A DNA stretch of 64,000 bases from assembly GCA_043806635.1 (NCBI GenBank), contig JAZDGT010000044.1, positions 36-64,035 of the forward strand, read 5' to 3'. The stretch comes from Methanobacteriota archaeon (GTDB taxonomy: Archaea; Thermoplasmatota; E2; DHVEG-1). The translations under genes were made by a program, and so were the position numbers. This document shows positions 56,626 through 64,000 of this stretch, piece by piece. The notes under the pieces were generated by a model. The model worked only from the letters and a program-made list of their open reading frames with translations, ran no database searches and had not been told where the DNA came from. Within the stretch, counting starts at the first letter, position 1; the number at the start of each line of letters is the position of its first letter.

Positions 56626-57309
56626 TTATTCTTGTTTCTTTTTCTTTTTATTAAAGAGGAAGATACCATCGAGAAGGACTGCGAGTATTCCCGTGAGGAA
56701 TATCATATCGAAAATATTCGCACCTCCGATCACCGCTTTTTGTGTTGTTTTAATTTCTATTGAAAGTAGGGCAAAGAGATGAAGGAGATCGGCACCGAGT
56801 AACACCCCTATAGTTCCTGTAATATACGCGACAGGGGCTGCATTCCGTTTTGTCTTCCATAGTAAAAAAATCGAGGAGATGCTTGCGAAAATTACGGGTA
56901 AAAGCCAGAGAGGAAACACGGAGACGATTCCTTTTTCAGGATCCGGATACGTGACAAGGTAGGTGATACCAGCGACAAGGACTACCCCCAGAAGTATTTT
57001 GGTAAGAGGGAGTTTGTGTTTAATGATGAGAAATGCACTAAGGAGTAACGGGATTACTGCACCCCCTGTGTTCATACCAACCTGCCAGTTCTGATACATA
57101 AACAAGGGGATATTCGCAAAAGGGAACCCGACGTATCGATCAATGAGTCCTGACCCAAGGAGGAATGACCCGAACACGATGATGATAGCCTCTAAAGAAG
57201 TAAACCCCATCTCGTTGAACGCTTTCGTGATAATCAAATACCCGAGATATATGGCAAGTATCGGAATAAGGATGTAAAAGATATACAGTACTATCGACTC
57301 GATAATCAT
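56626..57309 (-). CDS. Integral membrane protein (DUF1614-like)
   Basis: 227 aa. Multiple TM helices. The GMNTGGAVIPLLLS region resembles my recollection of DUF1614. Confidence 0.45.
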   Translation of the reverse strand: MIIESIVLYIFYILIPILAIYLGYLIITKAFNEMGFTSLEAIIIVFGSFLLGSGLIDRYVGFPFANIPLFMYQNWQVGMNTGGAVIPLLLSAFLIIKHKLPLTKILLGVVLVAGITYLVTYPDPEKGIVSVFPLWLLPVIFASISSIFLLWKTKRNAAPVAYITGTIGVLLGADLLHLFALLSIEIKTTQKAVIGGANIFDMIFLTGILAVLLDGIFLFNKKKKKQE

Positions 57310-57344
57310 GGTTCACTCATCATTCGGTGCTTATCCATTGTTGT

Positions 57345-57755
57345 TCAAGTTCCTGCTTTTTTGAATTTATACCCGTAATAAATAGCACCTGTGTACCCTT
57401 CTTCTTGTATTCTCCTGAATGTGCTTTCAACTTTCATGCCGATATGGACATCAGTAATATCACAGTCGACAATCTGTGCAGTAATCTGAGGACCTTCTTC
57501 CAGTTTGATGATCGCAATCGGGTAGGGAACTTGTTCTTCGAAATCCTCAGGAGCAACATGGATAATCGTATATGACACCACTTCTCCTTTCCCCATTAAC
57601 GCGATCTCATTCATCTTCCCCATACTCTTCCTACGGCAATACGGGCAGGCTTCCCTTGGGGGGAAGAAAATGCGATTACATGATCCACAAGTATTCCCGA
57701 TAAAATTGTATCGTTGTGGGATCTCCCTCCAGAACCGTGCGACTGCTTCGCCCAT
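57345..57755 (-). CDS. DUF35 Zn-ribbon/OB-fold protein (scaffold of the archaeal thiolase/HMG-CoA synthase complex)
   Basis: Start at the ATG at 57755, 2 nt after the thiolase stop. Zn ribbon CGSCNRIFFPPREACPYC followed by an OB-like region. Confidence 0.85.
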   Translation of the reverse strand: MGEAVARFWREIPQRYNFIGNTCGSCNRIFFPPREACPYCRRKSMGKMNEIALMGKGEVVSYTIIHVAPEDFEEQVPYPIAIIKLEEGPQITAQIVDCDITDVHIGMKVESTFRRIQEEGYTGAIYYGYKFKKAGT

Positions 57756-57757
57756 GG

Positions 57758-58942
57758 TTACATCGCCTCCAGAATATGAACCGTACACGTTGCTCCAGAT
57801 CCACCAACATTATGTGCTAACCCGATCTTCGCATTAGGGACCTGACGTTTCTCTGCATCACCGCGAAGCTGAAGTGTGACTTCAACAATCTGAGCAACAC
57901 CGGTAGCACCCACCGGGTGGCCTTTTGCTTTTAACCCACCACTCGTATTCACCGGTAATGACCCCTGTAACGGAGTAATATTATTATCGATGGCTTTTCC
58001 ACCATCTCCTTTTTTCACAAACCCTAAATCCTCAATCGCACAAATCTCCGCGATCGTGAAACAATCATGGACCTCAGCGAAACTCACATCCTTTGGGGTA
58101 ATATCTGCTTGTTTGTACGCCTTCTTCGCCGCATACACTGTTGCATCCAACGTACAGATATCCCGCCGAGCATGCAACGCTAACGTATCAGATGCTTGTC
58201 CAGACCCAATAATCTTCACGGGTTTATCCGTATATTTTTTTGCTTTCTCTGCTGCGCATAACACGATCGAGGCAGCTCCATCACTCACTGGAGAACAATC
58301 CATTAACCCAAGCGGGTACGCAACCATCGTCGATTTCAATACGGATTCCAGAGAAATTTCCCGTTGATACTGTGCATAGGGATTCAATGCACCATTCGCA
58401 TGATTCTTCACCGCAACCTGAGCAAGCTGCTCACGGGTCGTCCCATACTCATACATATGTCTCGTCGCAATCATCGCGTAAATCCCCGGGAACGTCGCAC
58501 CAAAAAAGGCTTCCCACTCTTGATCCGCTGCGGTTGCGAGTGTCTCCGTCGCTGACGTCCCCCCGACATCATTCATCTTCTCAATACCACCCACAATCAC
58601 GACATCATTCACACCTGAAGCAATAGAAAGATAACCTTGTCGAACCGCAAGACCACCAGAAGCACATGCACCCTCCACACGAGTCGCTGGTATATGCGCA
58701 TATGCAAACCCAGAGGCATCAGCTACTAAAGCACCCACATGTTCCTGACCAATAAAACGACCTGAACTCATCGACCCGACATACAACGCATCAATATCTT
58801 TCCCCTCGATTTTCGCATCAAGAATCGCTTTCGACCCCGCCTCAGCAATCAAATGACGAAACGACTTATCCCACAACTCACCAAACTTCGTCAACCCAAC
58901 ACCAATAACCGCAACATCTCTCATCGTCTTCATCACTCCCAA
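57758..58942 (-). CDS. Acetyl-CoA C-acetyltransferase (archaeal thiolase)
   Basis: 394 aa. Active-site Cys context [10 protein letters not shown] and C-terminal [10 protein letters not shown]. Confidence 0.9.
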   Translation of the reverse strand: MGVMKTMRDVAVIGVGLTKFGELWDKSFRHLIAEAGSKAILDAKIEGKDIDALYVGSMSSGRFIGQEHVGALVADASGFAYAHIPATRVEGACASGGLAVRQGYLSIASGVNDVVIVGGIEKMNDVGGTSATETLATAADQEWEAFFGATFPGIYAMIATRHMYEYGTTREQLAQVAVKNHANGALNPYAQYQREISLESVLKSTMVAYPLGLMDCSPVSDGAASIVLCAAEKAKKYTDKPVKIIGSGQASDTLALHARRDICTLDATVYAAKKAYKQADITPKDVSFAEVHDCFTIAEICAIEDLGFVKKGDGGKAIDNNITPLQGSLPVNTSGGLKAKGHPVGATGVAQIVEVTLQLRGDAEKRQVPNAKIGLAHNVGGSGATCTVHILEAM

Positions 58943-59982
58943 TACAACAAATCAGTAAACTTCGCATACGTCCCATAATCAATATATTGCTTCTGTGCAA
59001 CCAACTCGGCAATAGAAGGAGCATTCTTCCTCATCAACTTCGTAATCGCATCAGTAACTGTGATATCAAATCCATCACTCCCTGCACCAGATCCATAACT
59101 CGTGACAAAGATCCGATCACCCGATTTCGCTACATCCAGCACCGAGGCGAGACCAATCATCGCTGCACCAGAATACGTATTACCAATAAAGGGGACCATC
59201 AACCCTTGCTTAATCTGATCATATGAGAAACCGAGTTTCTCAGCCACATTCACGGGAAATTTCCCATTCGGCTGATGAAACACCGCATAATCATAATCCT
59301 CTGGTTTTGTCTTCGCCATCCCCATAAGATTCATCGCACACTCTGTGATATGCTTGAAATATGCGGGTGCTCCAGTAAACCGTCCACCATGCGAAGGATA
59401 TTTCCTCTCCGCCCGCCGCCAGAAATCCGGTGTATCCGTCGTAAAAGAACACGTATGATTAATCTCTGCAATCACGTTCTCTTTCCCAATGATAAATGCT
59501 GCGCCTCCTGCTGCGGCAGAATACTCTAACGCATCACCAGGAGCAGCCTGCGAGGTATCCGCACCAATCGCTAAACCATAAAGAACCATCCCTGCTTTCA
59601 CCAGAGCAGTACAGGTCTGAATCGCTGCAGTCCCAGCTTTACACGCAAACTCGTAATCAGCAACCATCACATTAGGTGTCGCCCCAATCGCCTCAGCAAC
59701 AATAGTCCCCGTCGGCTTCACCGCATACGGATGAGATTCACTCCCAATATATATCGCGCCAATATCCTGAGGATTCACCGTACAGCGCCTTAGCGCCCCA
59801 CGCGCAGCCTCGACACTAATCGTCGCAGTATCCTGATCGATCGAAGGAACCGATTTCTCAAAAATACCTAACCCGCTACTGATTGCTTTCCCGTCTTTAC
59901 CCCAAACCGATGCTATCTCCTCAGCCTTAATTCGATATCGAGGGATGTTCGCTCCATAACTCACAATACCTATGCTCTTCAT
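58933..59982 (-). CDS. Hydroxymethylglutaryl-CoA synthase (archaeal type)
   Basis: 349 aa. Catalytic Cys context [10 protein letters not shown]. 10-nt overlap with the thiolase gene. Conserved three-gene order. Confidence 0.9.
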   Translation of the reverse strand: MKSIGIVSYGANIPRYRIKAEEIASVWGKDGKAISSGLGIFEKSVPSIDQDTATISVEAARGALRRCTVNPQDIGAIYIGSESHPYAVKPTGTIVAEAIGATPNVMVADYEFACKAGTAAIQTCTALVKAGMVLYGLAIGADTSQAAPGDALEYSAAAGGAAFIIGKENVIAEINHTCSFTTDTPDFWRRAERKYPSHGGRFTGAPAYFKHITECAMNLMGMAKTKPEDYDYAVFHQPNGKFPVNVAEKLGFSYDQIKQGLMVPFIGNTYSGAAMIGLASVLDVAKSGDRIFVTSYGSGAGSDGFDITVTDAITKLMRKNAPSIAELVAQKQYIDYGTYAKFTDLLYWE

Positions 59983-60074
59983 AGTGCAACCCTACCTCGT
60001 TTGAGAAAGAGAAGAAAAAAAGCCTATATAAAAGTGCTTGTTCGTTATTCGTCAAATGTCGACTATACTGTTTA

Positions 60075-60962
60075 TTATCCGGTTAACGAAATCTTCCGCC
60101 CTTTTTTGAGTTCATCCACTGATTCATCAGCATGTTTCTCCAGTTTGTCTTTATCCAATACTGATTTCCTTGCCTGGAGATTTTGTTGTTTCAGAATTTC
60201 TTTGTCTTCTATAAAACGGGATCGACGATCATTTTTTATGGAAAGGATTTTCGAACGCATCTCCATCGCTTTATCATGATTCTGCTGCGCTTCAGTTCGT
60301 ACATCAAGAAATTGCTGATGCTTTTTATTCGATTCATTAATTAAGGTAGCGATTTCCTGTACAAGTTTAATATACTCATCATGTTTCTTCTGACTCTCAG
60401 AATAAAATTTTTGTACGAGAGCATGTTCCTCATCTGCTTTCTTAAATAATTCAGTAATCGCTTTATCAGTATCAGAGAGATCAATTTCGATAGTGTGCTG
60501 CTGGTCAAGCTGTTTCTGGACTTGATTGTATTCTCGCCGTTTCTCTTTGATTTTTTTTACGAGATCGTTCTCCTTACGAGTACTCATCGGAGTGGTTTCT
60601 TGTCGATACTCCATCATTTGGACATCCGCTTTGAGCTCCTCAACCCTCAACGGTAGGTTGCGAACAAAATCACCTTTCTTTTTTCGTTTCTTCTCGATTA
60701 GCTCTTTTGCTTGTTGCTGCATTTGATTGCGCAATTCTTTGTGTTTTTTCATCTGTTTGACGAGTTTATCTCGCTCTACTTTGTTTTTATCCATGAATTC
60801 TCTAAGTTCTATTCGTTTGTTGTTGACCATATCTCGTTCTTCACGGATAACACGTGCGGCGTCGTTTAACTCGTTTCTTTTTTGAATTAACGCTTGAAAC
60901 TTTTTTTCTGAGTTTCTCAGTTGTTCGAATTCTTCTTTTTTCTTCGCACCATCTTCTGTCAC
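60075..60962 (-). CDS. Archaeal coiled-coil protein (COG1340-like)
   Basis: 295 aa, Lys/Glu/Gln-rich heptad-like sequence throughout. Confidence 0.55.
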   Translation of the reverse strand: MTEDGAKKKEEFEQLRNSEKKFQALIQKRNELNDAARVIREERDMVNNKRIELREFMDKNKVERDKLVKQMKKHKELRNQMQQQAKELIEKKRKKKGDFVRNLPLRVEELKADVQMMEYRQETTPMSTRKENDLVKKIKEKRREYNQVQKQLDQQHTIEIDLSDTDKAITELFKKADEEHALVQKFYSESQKKHDEYIKLVQEIATLINESNKKHQQFLDVRTEAQQNHDKAMEMRSKILSIKNDRRSRFIEDKEILKQQNLQARKSVLDKDKLEKHADESVDELKKGRKISLTG

Positions 60963-61005
60963 GAGAAGTACACCACCATTCGAGATATAGAACCCTGATA
61001 AATAG

Positions 61006-63906
61006 TTATTGTTCTTGGAGATGCAACGTTATTTCGTTCTTTCCTTTCACAGCAAGCCAGGGTATGGTAACCTCTGCGTATCCATGACCTGGAACAGTGA
61101 GGTTAATCACCTTATTTTTTTCTTCCCCGTTTACTGCAAGTACGATAGTAAGATTTCGTGCTGGAATCGAGCTTTGATTTTCTATTTTAAAAGAAGTGAT
61201 AATTTTATCGCCTGCATTAAAAGTTTGAGGCCAATGATACACCTGAGTGATTCTAAGATGAGGTTTCCCTTTCACAGCGGTAACCATAAAATGAAGATCA
61301 GTATGTTTCTGTTTTCCAAGGGTGTTTACGGATAGTTTTACCTCAGTCCATGTGTTTGTACTCAGTTGAGTAACAGGTCTCACGAGTAGTGTTATCTGTG
61401 TTGACTGTCCGGGTTCTATGAGAACACGATGCGTGTCAAGACTAACATCCCAACTTGGAGACATCGGAATAACTGCTGCGTAGAGCTCATAGGTCCGAGG
61501 TTTCTTCGTTGGATTCTGTAAGGTAACAAGAAACTGCGCATCCCCCGTTGAGTATGTCTCCTTCACACGATCATCACAGAGGAGGGTTACAGACCGTGAA
61601 GTCATCATAAGCGCAAGAATGATGAGTATAATGAATATAAAGATAACCAGGATAAGAACCGCTAGGGCTACGGGTGCAAATGAGCCGAAGATTTCGTCGA
61701 GCCCGAGCATCTCCGCTGCTGATGTGAACAACCCTGCTATTGCTTCAAGGATTCCTTCTCCGCGTACTTGCACAGTCATGTTGATAGTCGCGGTCGTATC
61801 AGTATTTGTTTGTGAGGTTGCAGTAAAATGAATCTGATCAGAGGACACGGTAGTGTTTTCAGGGACAAACACAGTAACCTTCACTGATTTTTCTCTGCTG
61901 ACGCGAACGTCAGAGAGTATCTCTTCGTGAGTAAGACCCCAGTTGTGTTCTGAGATTATGGTGATTCGATAGGTATCAACGTCATCGATGGCACCAGTAT
62001 TATTATTTTTTACTTTAAAGGTGTAGGTCTGATTTTCTCCCTTTTTAATGGTGAGTTCAGTGTCATTCATTAGTCTCAATTGGATGTCATACTGTATGGC
62101 GTCTTCGGAGATGGTGACTGAGGAGGTTTTTTCTATTTTCCCTGTTTTACCGGTTACGTTTATGGTGAGGTCGATGTAGTTGCCGTAGGCGTCTTTCGTG
62201 TTCTCTGAAGAATTCACGTAGACATGGATAACGTGGTATCCGTTTGCGGGGATTTGAACTGATTCTGGTGTAACCGTGATCTCCCAGGTCCCTTTTTTCT
62301 TCTTAGTCTGTTCTTTGATTTGTATTGTATCAGAATATTTGCTCGTGATATTGAGGGTATACTGGACGCTTCCTCCGGGGACTATGGCTTCTGTAGTTGG
62401 GTCACTGGATATCGTTGCATCAATGTTTGTTGTCTCTTTCAGATTTAGTTGAAGCGATGAAGGGGATTCACTGGAATCATAGACGATATAGAGTTTTCGT
62501 AGACCAAGTCTTGTCTCATTTTCAAATGAGATACCTAAACGGACTTCGTGATTATTCCAGAGTTCATAGTTGAGATCAGTAAACGAGAAGGAGGTGACAG
62601 ATTGCTGTTTCTGTATCAGGTCTAGGATTCTTGTTCTGTTTAGTATAAGGGTATCGGATGCGATCTCTTTATCGTCATCATATACTGTGGCTTTTAAGGT
62701 TATTTTGCGTAGGTTGACCAAGCTTCGATAATCAAGATAAATGGTTGCTTCAGCGGAGTTAATGATTTTATTGCGTTCAAAGTTTGGACCAGACCAGATG
62801 AGGGGATCGGTGGAGATGTTATTACGTTGAGATTCATCTGCGGTTGGCTGATCGGCATCCATTGTTTGATCTGCATGGAGATAGTAAGTGACTGTGTTTT
62901 CTAGTTGCGTGGATGGCATGAGGAGCGGCACAGTGACTTTTGCGGGGTGGGTATTGGAACCAAATACGAAGGATGATCCGAGCATGGCATCGGTAAACTC
63001 GGCGAGGTCTGCAAGACTGAGATTTACTCCTTCTGATGCGAACATGTCGCTCATATTGATGAATTCATTGATGGTGTCACCGATGTCTTTGAGTTTTTCG
63101 ATGCGTCGGTTACTAAGGAAATCAGCGAATTTTTCTCCGATTGTTTTGGCTTTTTCTTCAAAGCCGCGTTCTGAGAGCCGGGTGAGTAGTCGTCCAATTA
63201 CTCGTTCGCTTGGTATCATTTCGATGGTGAAGACGAGGGTTTCTTGTGGAGCTACTATGATGTGTTCATTTGAGAGGTCTAGGGTGACGGTATAGGGTTT
63301 GATTCTTCGAGGTATAAGTGTTGGTTTTATAGTGAGGGTTGTGTTTGAGATTTCTTCGGGGAGTAAGAATGAGCTTTTTGCAACGCTGATTTTTACGGTA
63401 TCCCGATTGATTAATCGGGATTTAGAGGAGAAAAATAAGTCGAAGATGATTTCTCCGTTGAGTTCAACTGGGGTTTCCCCAGTGTAGGTGTAGCTTTCGT
63501 GGACTTTGAAGGGGTTGTAAATGTCGAGAAAGCTTTGGAACTCGGGAGGGATCTCTCCAAATTCTTCGAATTCATCGGGTAAGACATCAAGGAATTTGAA
63601 GGTGACCCAGAGTTCGAACCAGGAGAGCCATCGTTCTGAGTTAATGTTGGGGATTAAGCCGTCTTTGACGAAGAGTCGTGGTGGCCAGTAGGAGTCATTG
63701 GTTTTTGTTGGTATGATGGTATCCATGATCACGTTTCCGAGGTCGTCTATGTTTTCGGAGAAGAGTGGATCGTAATCAGTAAAATATAAGACGGTTTTTT
63801 CTGCTGTTGCTGCGGTGACTGGGGTTGTGATGAAGAGCGATGAGAATGAACCTAGAAGAAGGATAAGAATAACTATAATCGCTTGTACTGTTTTGGGTGT
63901 ATGCAT
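61006..63906 (-). CDS. Large exported/membrane protein with CARDB/NEW3-like beta-sandwich domains on both sides of an internal TM helix
   Basis: 966 aa. Signal peptide AIIVILILLLGSFSSLFITTPVTA. Internal TM FAPVALAVLILVIFIFIILIILALMM (about nt 61611-61701). Repeated beta-sandwich patterns (PGGSVQYTLNITS, GENQTYTFKVKNN, FKIENQSSIPARNLTIVLAVNG). Confidence 0.65.
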   Translation of the reverse strand: MHTPKTVQAIIVILILLLGSFSSLFITTPVTAATAEKTVLYFTDYDPLFSENIDDLGNVIMDTIIPTKTNDSYWPPRLFVKDGLIPNINSERWLSWFELWVTFKFLDVLPDEFEEFGEIPPEFQSFLDIYNPFKVHESYTYTGETPVELNGEIIFDLFFSSKSRLINRDTVKISVAKSSFLLPEEISNTTLTIKPTLIPRRIKPYTVTLDLSNEHIIVAPQETLVFTIEMIPSERVIGRLLTRLSERGFEEKAKTIGEKFADFLSNRRIEKLKDIGDTINEFINMSDMFASEGVNLSLADLAEFTDAMLGSSFVFGSNTHPAKVTVPLLMPSTQLENTVTYYLHADQTMDADQPTADESQRNNISTDPLIWSGPNFERNKIINSAEATIYLDYRSLVNLRKITLKATVYDDDKEIASDTLILNRTRILDLIQKQQSVTSFSFTDLNYELWNNHEVRLGISFENETRLGLRKLYIVYDSSESPSSLQLNLKETTNIDATISSDPTTEAIVPGGSVQYTLNITSKYSDTIQIKEQTKKKKGTWEITVTPESVQIPANGYHVIHVYVNSSENTKDAYGNYIDLTINVTGKTGKIEKTSSVTISEDAIQYDIQLRLMNDTELTIKKGENQTYTFKVKNNNTGAIDDVDTYRITIISEHNWGLTHEEILSDVRVSREKSVKVTVFVPENTTVSSDQIHFTATSQTNTDTTATINMTVQVRGEGILEAIAGLFTSAAEMLGLDEIFGSFAPVALAVLILVIFIFIILIILALMMTSRSVTLLCDDRVKETYSTGDAQFLVTLQNPTKKPRTYELYAAVIPMSPSWDVSLDTHRVLIEPGQSTQITLLVRPVTQLSTNTWTEVKLSVNTLGKQKHTDLHFMVTAVKGKPHLRITQVYHWPQTFNAGDKIITSFKIENQSSIPARNLTIVLAVNGEEKNKVINLTVPGHGYAEVTIPWLAVKGKNEITLHLQEQ

Positions 63907-64000
63907 TTCAGGACTACCTGCTACTTATATCTAGTTTTTTAATATATAAATGTTTGTTTACAATAGTTATCATTTTTTATAATTTTTACTAGTGTAAGAT

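Overview
AT-rich archaeal chromosomal segment. Archaeal markers include ribosomal proteins L18e/L13/S9 with RpoN, L7Ae/S28e/L24e, TFS, an RPA pair, split transketolase and the thiolase/HMG-CoA synthase/DUF35 operon. About 0-24 kb and 51-61 kb are tightly packed housekeeping genes: purD, pyrE, fhs, arcC, pcm, DRG and GPN GTPases, transporters. Between pcm (23.9 kb) and a LarA-like gene (50.9 kb) lies a ~27-kb block devoted almost entirely to exported or surface proteins. It holds (i) two tandem signal-anchored paralogs whose core aligns by eye to the bacterial Hcp/TssD tube-protein family, the second fused to a NosD-type beta-helix; (ii) an 8-bladed PQQ-like beta-propeller/PKD protein; (iii) one uninterrupted 15,012-nt ORF (5003 aa) with about 18 copies of an uncharacterised ~165-aa module plus Ig/FN3-type domains and a PGF-pre-PGF-like domain; (iv) a 1189-bp IS5-like insertion sequence with terminal inverted repeats, an 11-bp flanking direct repeat and an A_AAA_AAC -1 frameshift site; (v) a membrane-anchored gingipain-type (C25) cysteine peptidase with an intact His/Cys dyad. 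Other notable items are a GC-rich ~110-nt structured element with TATA box and T-tract upstream of pyrE (candidate ncRNA or leader), a decayed glutamine synthetase remnant, and a second large surface protein at 61-63.9 kb. No CRISPR array, rRNA or convincing tRNA was seen. All calls rest on reading the ORF translations and the DNA by eye. No database search, GC calculation or folding program was run.
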